From NCBI GenBank assembly GCA_029093145.1, contig GCA_029093145.1_4347.1: 44,066 nucleotides of DNA; one strand, 5' to 3'. The notes beneath the pieces were generated by a model, which saw only the letters and a program-made list of their open reading frames with translations, made no database searches and was not told the origin of the DNA. The stretch comes from a phage. Positions within the stretch are counted from its first letter, which is position 1, and every line of letters starts with the position of its first letter. The position numbers and the translations under genes were made by a program. Of the stretch, positions 8,427 through 17,292 are shown in pieces.

Positions 8427-9128
8427 ATGAATCGTTTTTTACGTTATCCGTTCCAGGAAGAAGCTGGAGCAGAAGATAAAGCTGGTGGCGGTGACGCGCC
8501 GAAAATGTTCACCGCTGAAGAAGTTCAGGTGCTGATTGAGAAAGAAGTTGCCGGGCTTAAGGCTAATCAGGAAGCATTGTTGGCGGAGAAGAAAGAAGCC
8601 GCTCGCAAAGCAAAAGAGGCCGAAGAAGAACGGCAGCGCGCGCACCAGGAGGCGTTAAAAGCCGCTGGTAAGATGGATGAGTTCGAAAAGACGATTCGTA
8701 GCCAGTATGACCCGGTGTTAGCCGAGAAAGACGGTCGCATCTCCAGAATGGCAGAGCGTATCCTCGGCAGCGAACGTAAAGCGGTGCTAGGCTCTTTCGC
8801 GGGTGACTTTATTACCCCAGAAGCAGTGGACATTCTTGCGCCGTTCGTTAAGACTGAGTTCGAAGGCGATGATGTGGTTACTAAGTTTGTTGGTGCAGAC
8901 GGTAACGTAATCACGACTGACCCGGAACAGTTCCGCAAATACCTGCGCGAACACAAGGCGTTTTCGCATTTGATCAAAGCAAATGCAGCTTCCGGCGGCG
9001 GGGCTTCCGGTAGCAAAGGCGGCGGGGCCGCACCAGCGTTTAAAGACATGAGTGAAGCAGAGCGTTTAGCCCTGTATAAATCGAACCCTGCCGAATTTGA
9101 ACGGCAACTTAAAGCCCTGAGGAAATAA
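8427..9128 (+). CDS. scaffolding protein (putative)
   Basis: Charged, alanine/glutamate-rich coiled-coil-like ORF directly upstream of major capsid gene (track ORF opens at 8373). Confidence 0.6.
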   Translation: MNRFLRYPFQEEAGAEDKAGGGDAPKMFTAEEVQVLIEKEVAGLKANQEALLAEKKEAARKAKEAEEERQRAHQEALKAAGKMDEFEKTIRSQYDPVLAEKDGRISRMAERILGSERKAVLGSFAGDFITPEAVDILAPFVKTEFEGDDVVTKFVGADGNVITTDPEQFRKYLREHKAFSHLIKANAASGGGASGSKGGGAAPAFKDMSEAERLALYKSNPAEFERQLKALRK

Positions 9129-9130
9129 TA

Positions 9131-10180
9131 ATGGCAATTACCACTATCGGCGATATCGTAACTGGCAACATCCCGGTCCTGGCGTCTTATATGACCGAGG
9201 ACCCGGTAGAAAAAACCGCGTTCTTCCAGTCTGGTATTCTGACCCCGACCCCGTACGCTGCCGAGATTGCCCGCGGCCCGTCCAACGTCGCTAATATTCC
9301 GTTCTGGAAAGCGATTGATACCTCTATCGAGCCTAACTACTCGAACGATGTATACCAGGACATCGCCACCCCGCGTAACGTGCAGACCGGCGAGATGATG
9401 GCGCGCGTTGCATACCTGAACGAAGGTTTCGGTCAGGCGGATTTGACCGTTGAACTGACCAGCCAGAACCCGCTGCAATCCGTAGCGTCACGTCTGGATA
9501 ACTTCTGGCAGCGTCAGGCACAACGCCGTCTGATTGCTACCGCGCTCGGGCTGTACAATGACAACGTAGCCGCTACCGACGCATACCACGAGCAGAATGA
9601 CATGGTAATCGACGTGTCTGCTACTCTGGGCTTCGATGCGGGCGCGTTCATCGACGCTACCCAGACTATGGGCGATGCTCTGATGGGCAACGGCGGTGAA
9701 GTGCTGGGGGCTATCGCGATGCATAGCTTCGTTTATGCGCAGGCACGTAAGCAGCAGCTTATCGACTTCATCCGTGACGCGGACAACAACACCATGTTCG
9801 CCACCTACCAGGGCTACCGCGTGATTGTTGACGACAGCATGACCGTAGTCGGCACTGGCCCGACCCGTAAGTTCATCTCCATCATCTTCGGCAACGGCGC
9901 TATCGGTTACGGTGAAGGTTCTCCGTCCAACCCGCTGGAATACGAGCGCGAAGCGTCCCGCGGCAACGGCGGCGGCGTTGAAACCCTGTGGACCCGTAAG
10001 ACCTGGTTGCTACATCCGTTTGGTTACAGCTTCACCAGTGCAGTAATCACTGGCAACGGCACCGAGACTACCCCGCGCTCTGCTTCCTGGCAGGACCTGG
10101 CGAACGCCTCCAACTGGAACCGTGTGGTTGACCGCAAGCACGTACCGATTGCCTTCCTGGTAACTGGTGTCGGTGCTTAA
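9131..10180 (+). CDS. major capsid protein
   Basis: 349 aa ORF after scaffold, followed by strong UUCG-loop terminator. Confidence 0.75.
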   Translation: MAITTIGDIVTGNIPVLASYMTEDPVEKTAFFQSGILTPTPYAAEIARGPSNVANIPFWKAIDTSIEPNYSNDVYQDIATPRNVQTGEMMARVAYLNEGFGQADLTVELTSQNPLQSVASRLDNFWQRQAQRRLIATALGLYNDNVAATDAYHEQNDMVIDVSATLGFDAGAFIDATQTMGDALMGNGGEVLGAIAMHSFVYAQARKQQLIDFIRDADNNTMFATYQGYRVIVDDSMTVVGTGPTRKFISIIFGNGAIGYGEGSPSNPLEYEREASRGNGGGVETLWTRKTWLLHPFGYSFTSAVITGNGTETTPRSASWQDLANASNWNRVVDRKHVPIAFLVTGVGA

Positions 10181-10195
10181 GGTTAAGCTATAATC

Positions 10196-10224
10196 GAGAG
10201 GGACTTCGGTCCCTCTTTTCATTT
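10196..10224 (+). terminator. rho-independent terminator after capsid gene
   Basis: GAGAGGGAC-TTCG-GTCCCTCT followed by TTTCATTT. Confidence 0.7.
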
Positions 10225-10241
10225 ACTAAGAGGATTCCTAA

Positions 10242-10583
10242 ATGGTAGACGTATTGAAGCGACGTATCACCGGCGTCTCCGCTGACGCCCCGGGCGCTAA
10301 GATTGACATGGCGACTATTTCTCCTGCGTCTTTCTCTTCCGCGCTGGCGGCTACTACCGCAGTGACCACAGGTGAAACTATGACGCTGACCGTAACGGTA
10401 GCCGGTGGTCTGGAGCCATATTCTTACCAGTGGTATAAGAATAACAACGCCATCGCCGGGGCTACCGCAGCTACCTATGCTAAAGCATCGACCACTGCCG
10501 CCGACTCCGGTACGTATAAAGTGGTTGTTCACGATGCGTATGGTAATATTATCTCCAGCAGCACTGTAGCAACTGTGTCTTAA
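10242..10583 (+). CDS. Ig-like domain protein (head decoration candidate)
   Basis: Ig-like motif LTVTVAGGLEPYSYQWYKNNNAI ... SGTYKVVVHDAYG; SD AAGAGGA. Confidence 0.5.
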   Translation: MVDVLKRRITGVSADAPGAKIDMATISPASFSSALAATTAVTTGETMTLTVTVAGGLEPYSYQWYKNNNAIAGATAATYAKASTTAADSGTYKVVVHDAYGNIISSSTVATVS

Positions 10584-10588
10584 TACAG

Positions 10589-10604
10589 CGGCCCTTCGGG
10601 GCCG
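10589..10604 (+). other. stable GC hairpin with UUCG-type loop, no U-tract
   Basis: CGGCCC-TTCG-GGGCCG immediately after decoration gene. Confidence 0.4.
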
Positions 10605-10619
10605 TAATAAGGAAAGGTC

Positions 10620-10799
10620 ATGGCAGATAATTATGTAATCCGTGAAAAGTACACCCACGTTGATATTGTAGACGGTCAGGTGATGCCTGTTCGCGGTGTG
10701 GTAGAAGCGGATGAACTGGTTGCGACTCAACCGGACAACGAAGAAGCGCACAACAACGGCGGTGGTGCTAAGCGTCGTCGCCGTAAATCAGAGGAATAA
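10620..10799 (+). CDS. hypothetical small protein with basic C-terminus (59 aa)
   Basis: Hand-translated ORF with SD AAGGAAAGG; ends GGGAKRRRRKSEE. Confidence 0.35.
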   Translation: MADNYVIREKYTHVDIVDGQVMPVRGVVEADELVATQPDNEEAHNNGGGAKRRRRKSEE

Positions 10800-10802
10800 T
10801 TT

Positions 10803-11315
10803 ATGCCGCTAATCGTGGAAGACGGGTCGATAGTACCTAACGCCGACAGTTACATTAGTCTGGCTGACGCCCGCGCGTTAGCGGCTAATTACGGTCTTGA
10901 GTTACCCGCAGACGATACTGCCGCAGAGGTGGCACTGCGCAACGGTGCTACTTATGTCGGGCTTGCAGAACCTCAGATGTGTGGCCACCGCGTATCCGCC
11001 GAGCAGTCCCTGGCGTACCCCCGCACCGGCGTTACGTTAAACGGGTTCCCGGTGGTCAACAACGCCATTCCGAAACAGGTGATTCTTGCGCAGGTAATCG
11101 CTGCCGCTACATATGGCGAGGGCACCGAAGTCCGGGCTAACTCAGACGGTCGCGCCGTGCAGACTGAGCGTGTCGAGGGTGCAGTAACAGTGACCTACTT
11201 CAACAATGGCAACAGTGGCGCTACGACCGCGATTACCGCTGCTGACGACGCCTTACGCCCGTTACTGTGTGGTGGTCTTAACAACGGCTTCTCATTTAAT
11301 GTGTACCGGGGTTAA
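10803..11315 (+). CDS. head-tail connector/adaptor protein (putative)
   Basis: Position between capsid genes and tail genes; 170 aa. Confidence 0.45.
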   Translation: MPLIVEDGSIVPNADSYISLADARALAANYGLELPADDTAAEVALRNGATYVGLAEPQMCGHRVSAEQSLAYPRTGVTLNGFPVVNNAIPKQVILAQVIAAATYGEGTEVRANSDGRAVQTERVEGAVTVTYFNNGNSGATTAITAADDALRPLLCGGLNNGFSFNVYRG

Positions 11316-11317
11316 AA

Positions 11318-11932
11318 ATGGCGAAGACTAAAACAGAGATATTTACCCTTATCGGTTCAGAGCTACCTGACAACACAACAGGGCTTATCACACCAGCTAA
11401 ATTACGCGGCGTACTTACACAGATGGCCGACTCGCCTATTTACGCCACTCCGGGTGTTAAAGAGGTTGAAGTTCTCCGCGCTGCGTCTACCGTAATACAA
11501 GCGCCAACAGCGACGAACACGGCGTTGCAGTTAACTTTTGGCTCCGCTCAGGGAAGTACATCTGACCCGGTAATGATTAATGCCGCAGGGCTTGTTACGT
11601 TCAACACCGCTGGTAACTACGCCGTTCGCATCAAGTTACAGGCGGGTCGCACAGGGGCGAGTGGTACATCAATCCTTTTATCACGCATTCTCCTTAACGG
11701 CGCCCAGTACGGCTCACCCGCCGCCACGAAACTGGTAAGCGCGGACACCACAATCCCGATTGAATCTCGCGTCGTTATCAATCCTACCGCAGGTCAGACG
11801 TTTTCCGTGCAGATTATGCGGGATAGCGCCGGAAGCAACTTCGGTGGCGTATACCCGCAAGCGGCTACTGTAACTGCATGGGGCACGGCACCGTCCGCGC
11901 TACTGGTTATTTCGAGACTGGAGGCTGCCTGA
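11318..11932 (+). CDS. hypothetical structural protein
   Basis: Tightly packed in head-tail joining region; beta-rich composition. Confidence 0.4.
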   Translation: MAKTKTEIFTLIGSELPDNTTGLITPAKLRGVLTQMADSPIYATPGVKEVEVLRAASTVIQAPTATNTALQLTFGSAQGSTSDPVMINAAGLVTFNTAGNYAVRIKLQAGRTGASGTSILLSRILLNGAQYGSPAATKLVSADTTIPIESRVVINPTAGQTFSVQIMRDSAGSNFGGVYPQAATVTAWGTAPSALLVISRLEAA

Positions 11933-12291
11933 TGAGCACTGCTTTCAGTAAACGTATGCAAGGCGTGGGTACACGCCTGCTAACCAAATTCGGTAGCACG
12001 GTATCTCTGATTCGCGCTGGCTCGAAAGTGTGGGATGAAGTTCTCGGTGAGTACGTCTGGTCTGCGGACGAAGTGTTGCCGTTGAAGGCCGTTCCGGTTC
12101 CTGTTAATGCGGGTCTGGTGAACGGTACGACGATTCAGGCTGGTGACATGATTGTTAAAGCCGATTACAGCGTCGTTCCTAAGATGGAAGACAAAGTGCA
12201 ATTCGGCGGCGAGCAATGGTCCGTCGTAGCCATTGAGCAGAAGGTGGTTAACGATGATGTTGTGGCCTACTTTATTCAGGTGAGAAAATGA
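11932..12291 (+). CDS. head-tail joining/closure protein (putative)
   Basis: ATGA overlap with upstream gene (ATG at 11932 within track ORF 11878-12291). Confidence 0.4.
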   Translation: MSTAFSKRMQGVGTRLLTKFGSTVSLIRAGSKVWDEVLGEYVWSADEVLPLKAVPVPVNAGLVNGTTIQAGDMIVKADYSVVPKMEDKVQFGGEQWSVVAIEQKVVNDDVVAYFIQVRK

Positions 12292-12683
12292 GTTTCGCGC
12301 TGGACGTCTCTAAGTTCGTGGAAAAGGCGAAGAAGAACCCTGAGAAGGTGATGCGTCAGGTGTCTATCAAGCTGTTTTCCGCTATTATAAAGGCGAGTCC
12401 GGTAGATACTGGTCGGTTTCGCATGAACTGGATGGCATCTGGCGGTACTCCTGCTTCCGGGATTACGGATGCTACGGATAAATCAGGAAACACAGCAACC
12501 GGAAACGCTACAAGTTTCGTGCTGAAAGCCACCGACTGGCATGAGTTCACGCTGACAAATAACCTGCCGTATGCACAACGGCTGGAGTATGGCTGGTCGC
12601 AACAGGCCCCGCAAGGATTCGTCAGGACTAACGTGTCCCGCTTCCAGCAACTCATTAACGAAGAAGCTAGCAAGGTGAGATGA
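12288..12683 (+). CDS. tail completion/neck protein (HK97 gp10-like, putative)
   Basis: Position and size; overlapping start with upstream gene. Confidence 0.45.
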   Translation: MSFALDVSKFVEKAKKNPEKVMRQVSIKLFSAIIKASPVDTGRFRMNWMASGGTPASGITDATDKSGNTATGNATSFVLKATDWHEFTLTNNLPYAQRLEYGWSQQAPQGFVRTNVSRFQQLINEEASKVR

Positions 12684-13096
12684 TGGGCTACTTTGAGGAC
12701 TTAACAAAAGCGTTTGATGTGCCGCTGGTAGCCTTCGGAACCACCAACGGCATCAAGGTAGCGCTTGAAAACATCGACGCGCCGACGTCAACAGATACGC
12801 CGTATCTGGCAAGTTACATGTTGCTGGCGGATACCGAGCAGGCTGACTTATTCTTCACGGAACAACGCGCCGGTGTCTATCAGATAGACATTAACTACGC
12901 ATCGGTGAAAGGTAGCGCGCCAATCAATAAAATGGCAGACTTACTTAACACGGCGTTTAAATCAGGTAAGGCATTTTCGCGTAACGACATCTGCGCCGAG
13001 GTTCAATCGGTTAGCCTGGGGCCGCTGATTGTAGAAAACGGATGGGCCAAACGACCATTGTCAATTAACTTTATTGCATTCACCAAGAGGCTGTGA
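12680..13096 (+). CDS. tail-associated hypothetical protein
   Basis: Position immediately upstream of major tail gene. Confidence 0.4.
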   Translation: MMGYFEDLTKAFDVPLVAFGTTNGIKVALENIDAPTSTDTPYLASYMLLADTEQADLFFTEQRAGVYQIDINYASVKGSAPINKMADLLNTAFKSGKAFSRNDICAEVQSVSLGPLIVENGWAKRPLSINFIAFTKRL

Positions 13097-13098
13097 AT

Positions 13099-14265
13099 AT
13101 GGCTACAACTCCTTTTAAGGGCGCGAATACCGCGCAATTCTATGTGGCGGAAGTGACCCCGGGCGTAACACCGACTAACCCGGTATGGTCGCCACTGCGT
13201 AACACAGGCGGCGTTCCTGCCATTACCCGTGACACGCTGACCTCCAACGAACTTGACGGCAGCCGAGAAACCACATCCATCCGCACCGGTAACAAGCAGG
13301 TTAGCGGAGAATACGCTATTGAGCTTAGCTCTAAAAGTCAGGACGACTGGTTAGCCGGGGCTTTAGGCTCTACGTGGCAATCCGGCGTTTCCCTGTCAGG
13401 ACTATCGATTACCGTCGCACCCGCGGGCAAGACGTTCACACGCGCTACCGGCAGTTTTATCACTGACGGAGTTGGGGTAGGCGACCTGATTGCGTTTACC
13501 GATTTAACAGGCGATAACGTAAAACCATTTATTGTTACTGCAGTAACGGCTACGGTTGTTACTGGTGCGGGCATCCAACACACCCTGACCACCGAGACAA
13601 AAACTAGTAAGGCTAAAACTGGCGACACGTTGGAAACCGGTAACACGTGTAAGACGTTCTCTATCCTTACCTGGTACAAAGGCCAGTGCGGCGGTACTGA
13701 CGCGTACACGTTAACCAAAGGCGTGGAAGTTTCTGGTTTTACCATCGAACAGGCTGTTAACGCGATGGTAACTGGCAGCTTCCCATTCATCGGTCGCAGT
13801 CAGGAGATTCTCACTACGCCGCCGACCGGTTCCAACTTCTCATCTGTTACTTTTGGTGATGAGCCGTTCTCTTCGGTTGACGTTTCCGTGTTCGACGGCT
13901 CTACGCCGTTGCGTTGCGACAGCCTGACTATCACCAACGATAACAGCGCGTCCGCGCAGTTCGAACTTGGTAACACTAACGTAGCGTTTGTGGAGCGTAG
14001 CCGTGCAGCTAACACATTCTCTATCTCTGGCAAGCTGTACGACATGGCGATGATTCAGAAGTTTATCAACGAGCAGCAGGTAGAGATTAACTCTATTCTG
14101 GCAGGGGTAAACGGGGCTATGTCTTTCAGTTTGAAACGTGCAGAGCTTACGGCGGTTACACCTGAGATTGGTGGGCCTGAGTCAATCACTCAGTCCATTG
14201 AAGGCCAGGCTACCGGCAATCAGTACCAGTCGTCTATCGTAATTCAACGTATCACCTACGCATAA
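13099..14265 (+). CDS. major tail protein (putative)
   Basis: ~388 aa ORF upstream of chaperone/tape-measure region; SD AAGAGG before ATG 13099. Confidence 0.6.
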   Translation: MATTPFKGANTAQFYVAEVTPGVTPTNPVWSPLRNTGGVPAITRDTLTSNELDGSRETTSIRTGNKQVSGEYAIELSSKSQDDWLAGALGSTWQSGVSLSGLSITVAPAGKTFTRATGSFITDGVGVGDLIAFTDLTGDNVKPFIVTAVTATVVTGAGIQHTLTTETKTSKAKTGDTLETGNTCKTFSILTWYKGQCGGTDAYTLTKGVEVSGFTIEQAVNAMVTGSFPFIGRSQEILTTPPTGSNFSSVTFGDEPFSSVDVSVFDGSTPLRCDSLTITNDNSASAQFELGNTNVAFVERSRAANTFSISGKLYDMAMIQKFINEQQVEINSILAGVNGAMSFSLKRAELTAVTPEIGGPESITQSIEGQATGNQYQSSIVIQRITYA

Positions 14266-14296
14266 AACTAAGGCCCCTTTCGGGGCCTTTTTCTTA
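14265..14296. terminator. bidirectional terminator
   Basis: AAAACTAAGGCCCC-TTTC-GGGGCCTTTTTCTT; A-run and T-run on both sides of the hairpin. Confidence 0.65.
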
Positions 14297-14848
14297 CAAA
14301 CCTAATTTTAAAGCAATGTCTATAACGTTCGATTTAACGTCACCCGGTATGATGTAGGTGTCGTAATCTTTTACACCACTAACATCGTACAGATAGCCAC
14401 GGCTATCGCAGATGAACGTATAGCCGTCACGATGGAGGCGGACGATTCGCACGTCATGCCCCGCGGCGACGATAGGGGCAACTTCACTGGCGAATCCACC
14501 ATCGGACACTACAAAAACTTCGTCGCCGTCAGGCAAGTTTTCAGCAAGATACTTACCGAAATAATCATCGCCGAATACCGGTTTAATGAATTGCTCAGAA
14601 ATGGCAATCATTAACCGGCGGCGGGACAACCCATTAAGAAAACCCTCGGGTTTTTCTTTCCGCGCCCGGTCGTCGTAGCCGTCGAGAAATTCGTGGTAAG
14701 CATCCTGGCCTAACGCTGCCAAAGCAATATTGAACATTGGATTCTTGAAACTGGTAGTTCCTTTCGCAAAGCCCATTTCTACCAGCGCCATAGCAAGCGT
14801 GTCTTTCCCGCAACCCGCAGGGCCATTAAGAATAATTACCTTAGCCAT
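14294..14848 (-). CDS. P-loop kinase, dNMP-kinase-like
   Basis: Walker A GPAGCGKDT at N-terminus; SRRRLM segment recalled as typical of T4 gp1-type dNMP kinases. Confidence 0.65.
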   Translation of the reverse strand: MAKVIILNGPAGCGKDTLAMALVEMGFAKGTTSFKNPMFNIALAALGQDAYHEFLDGYDDRARKEKPEGFLNGLSRRRLMIAISEQFIKPVFGDDYFGKYLAENLPDGDEVFVVSDGGFASEVAPIVAAGHDVRIVRLHRDGYTFICDSRGYLYDVSGVKDYDTYIIPGDVKSNVIDIALKLGL

Positions 14849-15336
14849 TATTTATCGCTCCCGTGTGGTTTTAAGTGTGTAGAGTTCCCGTTACAGTCGT
14901 ATTCGGTAACTGCGTGTGCAGTTATGCCGAGGTCACGGAAATGCTTTATTACCGCTGGAGAGTCGTCGAACGCACACAAGATTCTTTCCAGTCCGAAAGC
15001 ACGCAACACCTCTTCTTTAATTACGATGTCTTTTCTGTTGTCGTGTTTGCTGCGCATGATTAGCGTGTCAAACCTAACGTTATTCTCTCGTAACCATTCG
15101 CGAGTCTCCTCCTCAGCGTCATCACTTCGCCCGGTAAGGATAATTATAGTAAGTCCGGAATGCCACAGTACGCTACACAAATGGATATTGTCGTATATCG
15201 GAGCGTCATCTTTGCAGGCCATGTTAAATGGCTTCCACGCCCACGTTTCTCCGTAGTTATCTTTTGGTAACAGGTGTAAGCGATGGGTACCGTCGGCCAA
15301 TGTCCCGTCTAAATCGAAAATTACAATATCTTTCAT
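14848..15336 (-). CDS. HAD-superfamily phosphatase (Pnk-phosphatase / 5'-nucleotidase-like)
   Basis: HAD motif I IVIFDLDGTLA, motif II ILTGR, motif IV AFDDS; overlaps flanking genes by 1-4 nt. Confidence 0.7.
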   Translation of the reverse strand: MKDIVIFDLDGTLADGTHRLHLLPKDNYGETWAWKPFNMACKDDAPIYDNIHLCSVLWHSGLTIIILTGRSDDAEEETREWLRENNVRFDTLIMRSKHDNRKDIVIKEEVLRAFGLERILCAFDDSPAVIKHFRDLGITAHAVTEYDCNGNSTHLKPHGSDK

Positions 15337-16463
15337 CCCAGCATCTCCGGTGAAATAGTTAAACGTGCGACCTCGCCATATTCGGCGCTATAAGTAATTA
15401 CATTTGCACTGCGGCCCGACATCCATCCGCCGCGAGAGGCGTAGGCGTCTTTAGCCGCTAAGGTGCGGTGTTGCTCAACAATCATGTTACGGCTTTCTAC
15501 AATCTTCTGGTGGTGCAGATGGCCTACGTGGGCGTAGCTGTAAACACTCTCGCCGAACGCTTTACGGAACTTGGCAATCATAACCGGTTCGATAGCGTCG
15601 AATCGTGCTTTATGCCCGTGATGGAAGAACAGCGTCGTTTTGCCGTGTTGCACCATCTTGTAAACATCCGGCGACGTATCAACAATCACTCGGCTGTCGT
15701 TTGAGTATAAAACCGTGAACATTTCAGCAAGCCATACGGAGCCAACAGGGTCGTGGTTACCTTGAACGATTAAAAGTTTTACTGTGTGATGCTTAACCAG
15801 CGCCATATCAACAACACGGCGGACCATACGAATCATGTAACGTACCAGTTTCTGATAGCGAGTATCCGCATCTAATACATGGCGCGACTCGGGGGTAACG
15901 GCATCAAGACTATCGAAGTGTGCGAAGTCCCCAAGCAGGTTAATAACTCCTGTTCCTGCATCCGGTGCTTTCTGAAACGCCGCGTCGAACCACCGAGAGA
16001 ACAGGTCTTCTGCAATCTTCATGTCCCAGTCGTCGCCGCTCTCATCGGCCCATGCCAGCATACCGAGATGGAAATCAGATACCGTGTAAAGATTGAGTAG
16101 TTTATCGTCACGTTTGGCGCGCGCCGCTTTAACAGGCGCAACGGGCGTAATCTCTGACTTCATGCCCTCTATTACGGCTTTCATCAATTCAACCTGACGT
16201 TCGGCGTCGGTATCAGTCTTAACCCATTGCAACTTAGTGTTGCCGAACTCGTCCACCAGGGACGACGTTCCTTTAATCTTGTAACCGTCTGGTACAAGGT
16301 GGCTAACGTCGCGCCCGTGGCCCACGCCTTTCTTAGCCAGCTTCGCTTTACGGATACGAATTACGCGGTCTGAGATGCCGTATTTACGGGCGATATCTAC
16401 ATTCTTCATACCGGCGTTCAATTCTTCCTGCAACTGTTCGTCGGTTATTTTCTTCCGGGCCAT
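15333..16463 (-). CDS. HTH-fused calcineurin-like metallophosphoesterase
   Basis: N-terminal HTH-like region; metallophosphoesterase motifs SDFHLG, GDFAHFD, GNHD, HHGH, GHLHH; SD GAGGAA. Confidence 0.65.
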   Translation of the reverse strand: MARKKITDEQLQEELNAGMKNVDIARKYGISDRVIRIRKAKLAKKGVGHGRDVSHLVPDGYKIKGTSSLVDEFGNTKLQWVKTDTDAERQVELMKAVIEGMKSEITPVAPVKAARAKRDDKLLNLYTVSDFHLGMLAWADESGDDWDMKIAEDLFSRWFDAAFQKAPDAGTGVINLLGDFAHFDSLDAVTPESRHVLDADTRYQKLVRYMIRMVRRVVDMALVKHHTVKLLIVQGNHDPVGSVWLAEMFTVLYSNDSRVIVDTSPDVYKMVQHGKTTLFFHHGHKARFDAIEPVMIAKFRKAFGESVYSYAHVGHLHHQKIVESRNMIVEQHRTLAAKDAYASRGGWMSGRSANVITYSAEYGEVARLTISPEMLG

Positions 16464-16500
16464 GTTTATTCCTCGTGCTTAGGATTTGTCTTATAGTAGC

Positions 16501-16692
16501 CTACTTCTCTTTCACGTTCGAGTTGCAAGCCCAGATTAAAATGAATACCCACGGCAACAGAATCCACCCGAGAAATAAGTTAGCCATGAATATCGCCAGC
16601 TTTGCTTTATGGTTACGCATATGTGCCACCAAAAACGGGATAAAATAAACGGCTACAAAAATAATTAAGAAGAACATAGTGATACCGGTCAT
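16501..16692 (-). CDS. small membrane protein resembling superinfection-immunity-type proteins
   Basis: Two hydrophobic segments with NLFLGWILLPWVFILIWA motif; SD AGGAG before ATG 16692 (track ORF extends to 16719). Confidence 0.4.
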   Translation of the reverse strand: MTGITMFFLIIFVAVYFIPFLVAHMRNHKAKLAIFMANLFLGWILLPWVFILIWACNSNVKEK

Positions 16693-16743
16693 AACATAAC
16701 TCCTGATTTGAGATAACATCGTTGGTGTAAGTGAATAGTACGC

Positions 16744-16772
16744 TATTATATTGGGGAGTGCAAGTAGTGTGC
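16744..16772 (-). promoter_or_regulatory. class B promoter TTGCAC-N17-TACTAT driving the accessory operon
   Basis: Minus strand TTGCACTCCCCAATATAATAGCGTACTATTCAC; dyad AATAG-N4-CTATT at 16743-16756. Confidence 0.5.
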
Positions 16773-16870
16773 TAGAATAATTTTGCGCCTAGTGTCGCAC
16801 ACGAAAAGCGGGTGGTTCCCGTCTGGCGCATTTCCTTTAACCAGTAACCTCTTAACCAAAGGATTAAAGA

Positions 16871-17287
16871 TTGAAACTTTCTGATTTTTATTACGAAGCG
16901 GAAGCCGAAAAGGGCGCACGTATGCCGATACCGCTAAAAGACGGTACTGATTCCGGGGAATGGCTTAATGTTGTTTCTCCTGAGGCGGACGTTGCCGTTA
17001 AGGCTATGCGCGCGTTCACCCTTGCATACCGGGCAGTATTAGGGAAATTAAAACCGCTTCGTGATAAGTGCGAAGAGATGAAAGATTTCTCTGAATACAA
17101 CCTGAAGATGGAAGACGCGGCGACGGACCTTAACCGTCAGTTAGCGATTGAATTGGTTAACGGGTGGAGCCTTGACGACGAATTCAATAAAGAGAATCTG
17201 AACACACTCCTGACGCAATATAAACGACTCGCGGAACTTGTTGTTGTGTTTCATAACGAACAACTGCACCAGCTACAGGAAAAGTAG
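16871..17287 (+). CDS. tail assembly chaperone (gpG-like)
   Basis: Position immediately upstream of tape measure; TTG start with SD AAGGA. Confidence 0.55.
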   Translation: MKLSDFYYEAEAEKGARMPIPLKDGTDSGEWLNVVSPEADVAVKAMRAFTLAYRAVLGKLKPLRDKCEEMKDFSEYNLKMEDAATDLNRQLAIELVNGWSLDDEFNKENLNTLLTQYKRLAELVVVFHNEQLHQLQEK

Positions 17288-17292
17288 ACGCG

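Noticed and set aside
8567-9478. Long minus-strand ORF (303 aa) antisense to scaffold and capsid genes
   Set aside because: Lies entirely inside well-supported plus-strand structural genes, has no ribosome-binding site and a low-complexity Ala/Arg/Ser composition typical of antisense frames in GC-balanced DNA. The same applies to 18046-18741, 23686-24351, 1902-2270 and 2189-2635.
14294-16463. Interpreting the kinase/phosphatase operon as a DNA hypermodification pathway
   Set aside because: No dUMP/dCMP hydroxymethylase, glycosyltransferase, 7-deazaguanine synthesis genes or amino-acid:DNA transferases were recognisable in the window; the idea is unsupported by sequence.
17257-17287. Canonical -1 slippery heptamer for G/T frameshift
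   Set aside because: No X-XXY-YYZ heptamer exists in the overlap; only the frame arrangement supports frameshifting, so the site is reported as uncertain rather than as a feature.
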